This document shows, piece by piece, positions 37,695-45,801 of a DNA stretch of 64,000 nt. Both the position numbers and the translations under genes were made by a program. The DNA comes from a virus (taxonomy: Duplodnaviria > Caudoviricetes): the IMG/VR virus record IMGVR_UViG_2928826531_000001, positions 1 to 64,000 of that record; one strand, given 5' to 3'. The number at the start of each line of letters is the position of its first letter. Position 1 is the first letter of the stretch. Below the pieces are notes generated by a model. The model ran no database searches. It was not told where the DNA came from and worked only from the letters and a program-made list of their open reading frames with translations.

Positions 37695-39029
37695 ATGCCA
37701 ACTCCTCCGCTGTCCGACACGTTAGCCCAGCAGGCCATGGATGCGTGGCATAGGCACGGGCGATCCCGAAAGAAAGCCGCCGCGGAGCTAGGAATCCCGG
37801 TGCCGACCTTCGAAAGCAGGTTGGAAGCCGCGCAAGCCCGGGGCCTGTCGCCAATTCTGGCCAAGCCCCGGGTGCGGATCACCGCCGCCATGCAGCGTGG
37901 CCTGGAGCCGTTACCGTCTGCTGCTCCGACCACCCCGGCCGCGCCGGAGGCGGCGAGTGAGCCTCTGAGCACCCGCGAGCGCATCGCCTACGACGACCGC
38001 ATTCGCGACCTGGAGCGCCAGCTCCGCCAAGTGCTCCGCGACGATCTGGACGCGGAGAAGGTCCGCACCGCGATTCTCGGCCTGACGGCCGGAACGCCGG
38101 TACCGCCGGCTTGGCTCGTGGAGGAGACGCACGGCGGGAGCGCCCCCGGAGTCCCTGTGACAATCTGGTCGGACTGGCATTTCGGCGAAGTCGTCAGGCC
38201 GGTGGAGGTCGGCGGCGTCAACGAGTTCAACATCACGGTCGCCCGCGAGCGCGTGCGCCGTCTGGTGGAACGCACCATCGACTTGTGCTTCGCGCACATG
38301 GTTCGGCCGGAATACCCGGGCATCGTCGTCTGCCTCGGCGGCGATATGATTTCCGGAGACATCCACGAGGAGTTGGCCGTCTCCAACGAGCTGCTGACGG
38401 CACCGACGCTGATCGAACTGCAGGGCGTTCTGATCTGGGCGCTAGAGCGCTTGGCCGATCGGTTCGGGCGTGTGTTCGTTCCCTGCGTCGTAGGAAACCA
38501 TGGCCGCATGACACACAAGCCACGCGCCAAGGGACGCGTGCACACGAGCTTCGAGTGGCTGCTGTATTGCCAGCTGGAGCGGCACTTCGCGAACGATCCG
38601 AGGGTGCAGTTCCACATTCCCGGCGAGGCGGACGCGCACTTCAGTGTCTACGGCCATCGCTACATGCTGACCCACGGCGACAGCATGGGCGTCAAAGGCG
38701 GTGACGGCATGATCGGCCTCTTGGGGCCGGTCACGCGCGGGACGATCAAGCTGCGCAACAGCGAAGCGCAGATCGGCCGCGACTTCGACACGGTCATACT
38801 GGGCCACTGGCACCAGTACCTGCCTATGCCGGGCTGCATCGTGAACGGAAGCCTCAAGGGCTACGACGAGTATGCGCGCCTCTACCTGCGCGCCAGGTAT
38901 CAGGAGCCCATCCAGGCATTGTGGTTCACCCACGCGCAACGCGGCGTGACCTTCCAAGTTCCCGTCTATTTGGACGAGCGAAAGAACGCCGAGGGCCGAG
39001 ATTGGGTGGCCTGGAGAGTAGCGGCATGA
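37695..39029 (+). CDS. HTH + calcineurin-like metallophosphoesterase
   Basis: SDWH.GE, GGDM, GNHGR, THGD, GHWH; N-terminal RKKAAAELGIP..TF.SRL. Confidence 0.88.
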   Translation: MPTPPLSDTLAQQAMDAWHRHGRSRKKAAAELGIPVPTFESRLEAAQARGLSPILAKPRVRITAAMQRGLEPLPSAAPTTPAAPEAASEPLSTRERIAYDDRIRDLERQLRQVLRDDLDAEKVRTAILGLTAGTPVPPAWLVEETHGGSAPGVPVTIWSDWHFGEVVRPVEVGGVNEFNITVARERVRRLVERTIDLCFAHMVRPEYPGIVVCLGGDMISGDIHEELAVSNELLTAPTLIELQGVLIWALERLADRFGRVFVPCVVGNHGRMTHKPRAKGRVHTSFEWLLYCQLERHFANDPRVQFHIPGEADAHFSVYGHRYMLTHGDSMGVKGGDGMIGLLGPVTRGTIKLRNSEAQIGRDFDTVILGHWHQYLPMPGCIVNGSLKGYDEYARLYLRARYQEPIQALWFTHAQRGVTFQVPVYLDERKNAEGRDWVAWRVAA

Positions 39030-39430
39030 GCTTCTGGTATCTGGCCACGCCGTACAGCCTCTATGCCGGCGGCATCGACGCGGCCTTCCGCGCCGCCTGC
39101 GAGCAAGCGGCCATCCTGCTCCGGTCCGGAATCGCGGTCCTGAGCCCAATCGCGCACTCCCACCCGATCTCGATTCACGGCGGTATCGACCCGTTGAGCC
39201 ACGCCATCTGGCTGAAGGCGGACGCGCCGTTCATGGCTGCGGCCAACGGCCTGATCGTCTGCAAGCTCCCGGGCTGGACCGAGAGCTACGGCGTCGCGGA
39301 GGAGATCAAGGCCTTCGAGGCCATGGGAAAACGCGTCCATTACATGCAGCCCGGCGTGGTGCCGGCGGCGCTGCTACCGGATCCGGAGGTCCTGACCGCA
39401 ACAACCTGCCCTCTGGAGATGCTGGGATGA
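39026..39430 (+). CDS. DUF1937 family (nucleoside deoxyribosyltransferase-like fold)
   Basis: YLATPYS...L.SG..V.SPIAHSH...W...D...GW..SYGV.EEI..F...GK.V. Confidence 0.85.
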   Translation: MSFWYLATPYSLYAGGIDAAFRAACEQAAILLRSGIAVLSPIAHSHPISIHGGIDPLSHAIWLKADAPFMAAANGLIVCKLPGWTESYGVAEEIKAFEAMGKRVHYMQPGVVPAALLPDPEVLTATTCPLEMLG

Positions 39431-40032
39431 TCGGGCCGTCCATCGTCATCGCCCTGACCGGCTTGGCCGGCTCCGGCAAGTCCACCGTCGCCGACAGGCT
39501 GACCGCTATGTACGGGTTCCGGCGGGAGAAATTCGCCGGGCCGTTGAAAGACATGATGCGTGCCTTCGGCTTGTCCGAAGACGAGATCGAGGGCGACCGG
39601 AAAGAGGTGTCGAGCGACCTTCTGTGCGGAGCCACGCCGCGGCACGCGATGCGGACTTTGGGGACCGAATGGGGCAGGATGCTCATCCACCCGGATCTCT
39701 GGGCAAGCGCCTGGAGGCGGCGTGCATCGACTGGGCGGGTGGTCGCGGATGACTGCCGGTTCCTCAACGAAGCCACGGCGGTCCGGACGCTCGGCGGGAC
39801 CATCGTCCGCATTGAGCGTCCGGGCCTTGCTGCGGCCGCCCATGTCTCGGAACAGGAAATGTCCGGCATCGTGCCGGACGAGACGATCGTCAATGATGGG
39901 TCGCCCGCCGATCTGGCCCGCAAGGTGGACGAGCTGGTCTCCCGCCTGCTGGCGCGGCCGTCGGCGGCGGTGGCCACTCACGCTGAACTCGCCACCAACC
40001 TGCCGGCGCGGCCGGTGATCCTGGAGACCTGA
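39427..40032 (+). CDS. deoxynucleoside monophosphate kinase
   Basis: GLAGSGKST; FAGPLK.M; TPR.AM.TLGTEWGR; DCRF.NEA; H.SE; I.NDG. Confidence 0.92.
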   Translation: MIGPSIVIALTGLAGSGKSTVADRLTAMYGFRREKFAGPLKDMMRAFGLSEDEIEGDRKEVSSDLLCGATPRHAMRTLGTEWGRMLIHPDLWASAWRRRASTGRVVADDCRFLNEATAVRTLGGTIVRIERPGLAAAAHVSEQEMSGIVPDETIVNDGSPADLARKVDELVSRLLARPSAAVATHAELATNLPARPVILET

Positions 40033-40035
40033 CCC

Positions 40036-40527
40036 ATGCGCATTGCCGCTCGCCTGACCTTCGCTCTATCCGCCGCTGCCGGTGTCCTCATCGCCGCCGC
40101 CGGGCACGCCGACCAGGGGGGCATTGCCCCCGAGCAGATCGAGACTTTCATCGCCGCGTTCGTGTACCTGATCCGCGCCACGCAGAGTGGCGGCCCCTGG
40201 GTCATGGGCCTCGCGGTGCTCGGCATGGGGGCCAACATCGCGTGGCTGATCTACTGGCTCCCGCACATCGTCAAGCCACTGGCTTCAGCCGTCTCCATGG
40301 TTCGCCGGGGCTCGACCGAGCGGGAGTTGGAGTTGGAGCAGAAGTTGGCCGAGGCGGACCGGAAGATCGCCCAGATGGAAGCCGATGTCAGATCCCTTCA
40401 GCACCAGGTGGAGGAGCAGGCAACGCTTTTGCGCGAGATCACGAAATACGTTGATCCCAAGAAGCTCGACCCGGACATCCTCGCTCGACTGTTCGGCGGT
40501 CCCACGACCGCACACGCGGTGTCCTGA
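40036..40527 (+). CDS. membrane protein with a C-terminal coiled coil (possible holin-like)
   Basis: Two to three hydrophobic segments followed by a heptad-rich tail. Confidence 0.55.
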   Translation: MRIAARLTFALSAAAGVLIAAAGHADQGGIAPEQIETFIAAFVYLIRATQSGGPWVMGLAVLGMGANIAWLIYWLPHIVKPLASAVSMVRRGSTERELELEQKLAEADRKIAQMEADVRSLQHQVEEQATLLREITKYVDPKKLDPDILARLFGGPTTAHAVS

Positions 40528-40535
40528 TCCGGGGA

Positions 40536-41033
40536 TCAGGCGGCGTGCTGGTGCGTGGCCGCATCGTATCCGGCGCAGGCCAACGCAATGGTCCGCGGGA
40601 TCTCCTTGTCGCCGCTTCGGTAGTAGGCGACGAGGCGGCGGCCGATGCCCAGCTCGTCGGCAGCTCGGTCAAGGCTCAGGCCGTGCCGCTCCATCCACGC
40701 GCGGAACCGCTCAGCGCTCCAGTGATCGTAGGTGGCCATGATGGCGTAATGCTCGACCAAGGTGGCGGGCATCTCGATTGGGCCACGGCTTGTGTCCCAA
40801 CGAATGACGTTTCCATTGTCGATCAAAGAGCCGGTCGCAAAGAAGCCGGAATCCATGAGCGGGGCGAACTCGCGGAAATGGTGGACCGCGTTGCCCAGAT
40901 CCACCGTCTCTTCCCGGCCGGCGCGCGGGCCTTCCGCCCAGGTGACGAGGACGGTGTGATCGCCAAGGTGGCGGAGCGACGCGATGACCGGCATCGGATC
41001 GCCCACGGTCACGTAGTCGGTGTCAGCGCTCAT
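40536..41033 (-). CDS. DUF2442 + HTH antitoxin
   Basis: LVTW...VDL...FAPL.D..FF...I.W; FRAWMERHGLSLD.AA.ELG..RR.VAYY.SG.K.IPRTIALAC.G. Confidence 0.88.
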   Translation of the reverse strand: MSADTDYVTVGDPMPVIASLRHLGDHTVLVTWAEGPRAGREETVDLGNAVHHFREFAPLMDSGFFATGSLIDNGNVIRWDTSRGPIEMPATLVEHYAIMATYDHWSAERFRAWMERHGLSLDRAADELGIGRRLVAYYRSGDKEIPRTIALACAGYDAATHQHAA

Positions 41034-41253
41034 TGAGACGGCTCCACTCGGACAGCAGGTTATCAATGTTGGCGCGAGCCCACGCGATGGCCTCTTCCAG
41101 ATCCCGACGATGCGCCTTGCCGCGCATGACGGTCAGAGTGTCGAGACGGACCATCGCATTGGAGTTCGGGCCGCGAAGGTGAAAGTGCGGAGGAACGTGA
41201 TCGCCGGCGAACATCTGAACCTTGCTGTTGGACAGTTCGATGATCGTCGGCAT
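41023..41253 (-). CDS. DUF4160 (HicA-like) toxin
   Basis: MPTI...MF..DH.PPHFH...W...N...L..EW. Confidence 0.9.
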   Translation of the reverse strand: MPTIIELSNSKVQMFAGDHVPPHFHLRGPNSNAMVRLDTLTVMRGKAHRRDLEEAIAWARANIDNLLSEWSRLNER

Positions 41254-41273
41254 TTGCGTTCCCCGTTTCGATG

Positions 41274-41331
41274 AGTGCATCATATGCACTTTTTACCGCC
41301 TGGTCAAGACGAAAAGTGCATGAGGTGCACT
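41274..41331 (-). promoter_or_regulatory. TA promoter with two palindromic operators
   Basis: Minus strand TTGACC-N17-TATGAT (41307-41279); AGTGCA-N5-TGCACT at 41274 and 41315. Confidence 0.8.
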
Positions 41332-41380
41332 GTTGTGGTCTGGGGCTGACGCGGGCGCGTCCCTGCTACAGCGCAGGTCA

Positions 41381-41421
41381 GGTTGCATGGCCAAGAGTGC
41401 CGTGCTACACATGCTATGGTG
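41381..41421 (+). promoter_or_regulatory. putative late promoter/activator site (copy 2)
   Basis: GGTTGC-N3-GCCAAGA-N16-GCTATGGTG, followed by a GCGGGCGCC...GGCGCCCGC hairpin. Confidence 0.6.
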
Positions 41422-41483
41422 CTTCGATTTGTGCGGGCGCCTCGGAAAGCCGGGGCGCCCGCTTCGCGTTTATGGGTCCGCTC

Positions 41484-42353
41484 ATGGACTTCTCCGCCCT
41501 CGCCATCTCAATCGCTATTGGCTTCCACGGAACGCCCGCGACCTATACGCCCCCGGCGGGTGCTCCGGTCGCCTGTTCCGTAGTGCAGCACCAGGGCAAT
41601 ATGCGCAGCAACACCACCAACACGCTGCGCTTCGGCAGCGATGTGGAGGTGTGGCGGGAAAACGTGTCGTTCGACATTCCGGTGTCGGACATTCCCGCCC
41701 CGATGGTCGGTGGCGTGATCGCGCTCGATGGTGGGGCGAGCTACACGATCCAGGCGCCGCCGGTGCGCCGCGACCCGGCTCGGCTCATCTGGACGTGTGA
41801 CTGTTCGTTTGGAATACCGGTGGTGTTCCGGTCGCTGCTCGGATCCGGTGCATCGCAGAACCCACCCACGCACCAAGGCTTGGCGATCGCGGCGGCGGCC
41901 ACGGCGGGCGCCGGCGTGATTGCGGTCAAGAGCGCGTGGCTGGTTGGGCAAATCCGCCCCGGCGACACGCTGGCCGTCGGCGGCGTGGCGTACACGGTTT
42001 TGAACGCGGTGCAGGCTTCGGGCAACCAGGTGGCGGGCATCCAGATCACGCCGACGCTCGTGACACCGGTTGCCGTTGGCGATGCCGTAACCCCCACCTG
42101 GGCGCGCGACTTCGTCGTGCGCTCCGGGGTCACGGGCTACCAGTCTCACGAGGTGACCGGGAACGTTCAGATTGGCGATTTGCGCATCATCATTCTGCGC
42201 GAGATGCTGGTCGCCGCCGGGTTCCCCGGCCAGCCGTCGTTGACGGATGTCGTGATCCCGTATGCGGCGCCCTGGATCATCAAGAACATCACGCCGATCA
42301 TGCAGGGCAATTCGCCGTTGCTCTACGAGATCCAGGCGAGGGGCAACGGCTGA
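41484..42353 (+). CDS. head-tail joining/closure protein, multidomain
   Basis: N-terminal FG.PATYTP...P..G..I...Y.I..PP.RRDP.RLIW; C-terminal Q.GDL.II...LYEIQAR; position. Confidence 0.7.
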   Translation: MDFSALAISIAIGFHGTPATYTPPAGAPVACSVVQHQGNMRSNTTNTLRFGSDVEVWRENVSFDIPVSDIPAPMVGGVIALDGGASYTIQAPPVRRDPARLIWTCDCSFGIPVVFRSLLGSGASQNPPTHQGLAIAAAATAGAGVIAVKSAWLVGQIRPGDTLAVGGVAYTVLNAVQASGNQVAGIQITPTLVTPVAVGDAVTPTWARDFVVRSGVTGYQSHEVTGNVQIGDLRIIILREMLVAAGFPGQPSLTDVVIPYAAPWIIKNITPIMQGNSPLLYEIQARGNG

Positions 42354-42763
42354 TGGCGGCCATCGACGATGGCGCCGTACGCGCCGCCCTGGAAGGCGTC
42401 CTGCAAGCGGCAGCCTCGGCCTTGCCGCCGATCACGGGCGAGAACGTCACCTTCCAGCCGGCAACCAACGCCCCCGCGCTCCGGACGCGTCTGTTCCGCC
42501 ATCCCAAGCGTCGGTATGCGGGCTTCACCGCCCTCGACGGCTTCTTGCACATTGAAGTGTGGACGCCGGCCAACGTTGAGGCGGGCCCGGCGGAAGCGAT
42601 CGCGGCCCAGGTCGAAGCGCTGTTCGCTCCGTACGCGGAGGCCGATGAGGCGATCAGCGGGCTCGTTCACGTCCAGGATGTCGCCATTCTGACGGGCGGC
42701 CCAGACGACACCGATGCCTTCTGGGTCGTGCCCGTCCAAGTCGATTGGTGGGTCGCGCAGTAG
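42353..42763 (+). CDS. tail terminator-like protein
   Basis: I..ENV.F.P...G.L.I.V..P...G.AE.IA..V..LF...W.VPV.V.W; position. Confidence 0.7.
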   Translation: MAAIDDGAVRAALEGVLQAAASALPPITGENVTFQPATNAPALRTRLFRHPKRRYAGFTALDGFLHIEVWTPANVEAGPAEAIAAQVEALFAPYAEADEAISGLVHVQDVAILTGGPDDTDAFWVVPVQVDWWVAQ

Positions 42764-42797
42764 CGCACCCTGAGGCTCCGCATCATCCAGTTTCGTC

Positions 42798-42828
42798 GCC
42801 GCCCGGCATGCTGCCGTGGCGGCTTTTT
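42798..42828 (+). terminator. hairpin + U-tract
   Basis: GCCGCC-CGGCA-TGC-TGCCG-T-GGCGGC-TTTTT. Confidence 0.55.
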
Positions 42829-42845
42829 CACATGGAGAAAGCCCC

Positions 42846-43202
42846 ATGGCAACCCTGAGTGTTCAATCCATCAGCGAGGTCGGCGCCGCACTGACCTACG
42901 CCGCCGCTGCGGCCGGCGGCGATGCGTTCCCCAACGCCGACGACCGCACCTTCTTGCACGTGAAGAACGGCGGCGGGTCCTCCGTCACCGTGACCATCAC
43001 GGCGCAGACCACGACCGCCACGGTTCCCGGCCTCGGCGTCATGACCAAGGCCAACCGCACGGTTGCCATTCCCGCCGGGGACGACCGTCTGATCGGCCCC
43101 TTCCCGCAGAAGGCCTTCAACAACAGCAGCAACCAGGTGGCGGTCGGCTACTCCGCGGTGACGAGCGTCTCCGTCGCGGTGGTCCGCGTGCCGGCCCAGT
43201 AA
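42846..43202 (+). CDS. conserved virion structural protein
   Basis: AA.AGGD.F.N....FLHVKNGGGS.VTVT...V.IPAG..RLIGPF...FN...V.YSAVTSV.V. Confidence 0.75.
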   Translation: MATLSVQSISEVGAALTYAAAAAGGDAFPNADDRTFLHVKNGGGSSVTVTITAQTTTATVPGLGVMTKANRTVAIPAGDDRLIGPFPQKAFNNSSNQVAVGYSAVTSVSVAVVRVPAQ

Positions 43203-43220
43203 GGCAGGAGTGACAAGACC

Positions 43221-43658
43221 ATGAGCGTTTCAATTCAGGCGAAGGCCGGTCGCCAGTTCACGATCAAGGTGAGCGACGGCGCCGCGACCCCGACCTTCCT
43301 GACCATCGGCGGCCTGCGGGATACCAGCATGCAGCTCAACGGCGGTGCGGTCGACATCACCAACGTCGCCTCAAACGGCTGGCGTGAGTACCTGCCGGGC
43401 GGTGGCGTCAAGGAGTTGTCGGTCTCCGGTTCGGGCATCTTCGACAGCCTCACGCCGGGCGCCCGCAAGGTGTGGGACGCCGCGATGGCGCAGGACGCCT
43501 CGGGCTATCTGGAGATGCAGCTGATCTCCGGCCACGGTGACTCGTTCGTCGGCACCTTTGTCGTGGACTCCTACAGCCGCAAGGGCGGCAACGAGGCCGA
43601 GACCTTCGACATCTCGCTGAAGTCCTCCGGCCCGCCGACCTACATCCCGGCGCCGTAA
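43221..43658 (+). CDS. major tail tube protein, TP901-1 family
   Basis: G...IKV.DG....F.TIGGLR.....N...VDIT...S.GWRE.L...GVK..SVSGSGIF. Confidence 0.92.
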   Translation: MSVSIQAKAGRQFTIKVSDGAATPTFLTIGGLRDTSMQLNGGAVDITNVASNGWREYLPGGGVKELSVSGSGIFDSLTPGARKVWDAAMAQDASGYLEMQLISGHGDSFVGTFVVDSYSRKGGNEAETFDISLKSSGPPTYIPAP

Positions 43659-43796
43659 TCCCGCTACCCTGACCCGGACCAGGACCCTCGTTGGCCGTCA
43701 GGCCGACCACCCGCGCGAGGTGCGGGCGGCGGAGCGTCCGGGATGCGCCCCGCCGCCCTTTCGCGATCCCATCCCCGTCTATCTCGGAGACATCCC

Positions 43797-44591
43797 GTGA
43801 GTTCACCCATTTCCGCGAAGGATCTGTACAGGTTCGATCCCGCCGTGGACCGCATCGCCAAAGCCCGCGACGCCCTTGCGGACGCCGAGCGCGCCGTCGA
43901 CGAGGCGGCCATTGAGGCGGACCGCGCCACCAGTGAACAGGATAAGGCTGAGAAGGCCGAGGCGCTGAAGGCGAAGCGCGAGACCGTAGAGGTCTTGACC
44001 GGCTTCGTCACGCGGGCCGAGCGCGCTATGGCGGAGCGGAAATCCAAGCCAGTGTACCTGCTGCGCGTGCCTACGCCGCGCACGCGGGCCGCAATGGCGG
44101 AGGAGGCCATGCGCTTGCCGGTGGCGCCGAGCGATCGCGCGATGTTCGCCGCGATCAAAGCTGCCGGAACGGAAGCCGGCCTCATCCCCACCGATGATCC
44201 AGATCTGGCGGCCGTCGAAAAGGCGTTGCGCGAAAGCGGGGGTGGCGTTCCCGACAATCTGCTCGGTCTGTTCGAGGGGTTGCACGATCGGGTGTCCGAC
44301 CATCCCAAGGTCCGCGAGGTCCACGTGGCCCGCATGCGCGCGCAGAACGCGCTGTCGCTGCTCACCGTCCGCTTCTACCTGAAGGGAATCGAAGGACTGC
44401 CAGGCGCCGAGACCTTCGAGATCAAGCATGGCTTGGCGACCGAAGAGTCTCTCGACATCCTGCCGCCGGACGAGATGGCCGCGATCGAACAGAAGATCGC
44501 CGAACTCGGCACCCTGCGGGGGCGGGAGGGAAACTTCTCCGGCTCGCTGTCGCCGTCGCAGTCGAGCCGGACGCCTTCGCCGACGGAGTGA
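43797..44591 (+). CDS. tail assembly chaperone (gpG-like)
   Basis: Follows the tail tube gene; GGAGA RBS + GTG; ends ...EGNF followed by an S/P-rich tail. Confidence 0.75.
   Translation: MSSPISAKDLYRFDPAVDRIAKARDALADAERAVDEAAIEADRATSEQDKAEKAEALKAKRETVEVLTGFVTRAERAMAERKSKPVYLLRVPTPRTRAAMAEEAMRLPVAPSDRAMFAAIKAAGTEAGLIPTDDPDLAAVEKALRESGGGVPDNLLGLFEGLHDRVSDHPKVREVHVARMRAQNALSLLTVRFYLKGIEGLPGAETFEIKHGLATEESLDILPPDEMAAIEQKIAELGTLRGREGNFSGSLSPSQSSRTPSPTE
44528..44534 (+). other. programmed -1 frameshift site G GGA AAC
   Basis: X XXY YYZ heptamer in the correct phase; the -1 frame is open to TAA 44944. Confidence 0.85.
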
Positions 44592-44944
44592 TCGGGCCTT
44601 GGGAGGTTGGCGACGTGATCTACCTCGCCAACCCCCGTCGGATGGTGCCGCGCTGGGCCTGGGAGATGGTGAGGCTGTGGCGCCTGTTCCAAGGCGGCAT
44701 GAGCTTAGGTTTCATGCCGGAGATGGCTGGCGCCATGGACCAGTCCAGCAAAATGCTGGACGCGTTCAGCGTCATGTCGGCGTTCGAAGCCGAAATGAAG
44801 GACGAGGGCGACCAGACCCGGTGGACGAAGAAGCAGGTGCGGGAAACGCGGGAAGCCATCGCCAAGGCGAAGGAGCTGTATCCCGACGGTCTCGCGACCG
44901 GTCCTCTGCTGGAAGCAACGCTGAAGTCCCGGCGCAGAGCGTAA
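44534..44944 (+). CDS. gpT portion of the G-T frameshift product
   Basis: -1 frame reads LLRLAVAVAVEPDAFADGVIGPWEV...P..AG.MDQ...MLDAF. Confidence 0.75.
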   Translation, partial: LLRLAVAVAVEPDAFADGVIGPWEVGDVIYLANPRRMVPRWAWEMVRLWRLFQGGMSLGFMPEMAGAMDQSSKMLDAFSVMSAFEAEMKDEGDQTRWTKKQVRETREAIAKAKELYPDGLATGPLLEATLKSRRRA

Positions 44945-44948
44945 ACGG

Positions 44949-45605
44949 ATGGCCATCGATCCCGCGCTCCGCTCCTTCGTCAAGGGGACCTATGGCAACA
45001 GCCAGGGCCTCCAGGCGTTCGAGCGCTCCGTTCAGCTGGCGTTTGACGGAGCAGAAGCGGAAATCCAGCGGCTCCTGGTCGCGCGCGTGAAGGAAGAGCT
45101 GGCGCGCGCGCTTGGGGAATCACAGCCGTCACACGTCGACCAATGGATCGACGGCGTCAAAGGCGTGCCGATCGAGGCGATCGCCGCCGGTGGCGTGGCC
45201 TATTTCCGCTTCGGCTATTCCGGTGTGATCGCCGCTGAGGCGCTCAACCTGCTGGAAACCGCTTCTCCCTGGAAATCGGGCCGGTACGCTGAAAGCCACA
45301 TCGTCCTAGCTGACGGATCCGAGATCGCGGGTCCGGAGGCGATTCAAGAGGGCCAGGTGATCACCATCACCAACAAGGTCTTCTACGCGGGCCGGATCGA
45401 GGCCGGGAAAAAACGAAGCGGAGAGCCATGGTCCGCAAAGGCGCCTTTGGGCGTCTACCGGCCGGTGGCCGAGTACCTGCGGCGCCGCTGGGCGCGGTTC
45501 GCCACCGTCCAGTTTGCATGGCGCGAGTTCACGGGCATGGAGCAGGGGTTCCGCCGGCCCGCGCTGACCATTACGCCAAAATGGCAAAGTGAGCGGAATG
45601 GCTAG
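44949..45605 (+). CDS. neck/tail-completion protein (HK97 gp10-like)
   Basis: SPWKSGRY..SH...ITN...YA.RIE.G...S.KAP.GVY. Confidence 0.7.
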   Translation: MAIDPALRSFVKGTYGNSQGLQAFERSVQLAFDGAEAEIQRLLVARVKEELARALGESQPSHVDQWIDGVKGVPIEAIAAGGVAYFRFGYSGVIAAEALNLLETASPWKSGRYAESHIVLADGSEIAGPEAIQEGQVITITNKVFYAGRIEAGKKRSGEPWSAKAPLGVYRPVAEYLRRRWARFATVQFAWREFTGMEQGFRRPALTITPKWQSERNG

Positions 45606-45675
45606 GGCCGGAGTCCAGCCGCAAATGGGTACGTCGAAAACGTCACAATGTTCCCTTTTTGTTCAAGCGCAAGCC

Positions 45676-45704
45676 TTGACGTCAAGAGGAAAGTTGGGCA
45701 TATA
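45676..45704 (+). promoter_or_regulatory. sigma70-like promoter for the ncRNA
   Basis: cTTGACG-N17-CATATA; no credible CDS follows on the + strand. Confidence 0.65.
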
Positions 45705-45709
45705 TGGTC

Positions 45710-45795
45710 GTGCCAAGTCGCCCCCAGCGACCCGAACTGTCACCAGCGTGGTGTGCGTGCTCGACATGCGTCGAGATAGGGTCTGGGGGCGCACC
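45710..45795 (+). ncRNA. structured RNA adjacent to the DUF3800 gene (DUF3800-motif-like); strand inferred from the promoter
   Basis: Outer stems CGCCCCCA/TGGGGGCG and GACCC/GGGTC enclose hairpins CACCA-GCG-TGGTG and CTCGAC-ATGC-GTCGAG. Confidence 0.75.
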
Positions 45796-45801
45796 TCTCC
45801 T

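Noticed and set aside
37695-40032. Z-base or 7-deazaguanine DNA modification pathway
   Set aside because: No PurZ, DpdA, Que/FolE or phage DNA polymerase genes recognised.
40036-40527. Complete lysis cassette
   Set aside because: Only one membrane protein; no endolysin or spanin recognised nearby. Lysis genes probably lie outside the window.
45719-45791. Structured element as a tRNA or a simple terminator
   Set aside because: Only two internal arms, no T-loop/anticodon geometry or CCA end, no U-tract on either strand, and it has its own promoter.
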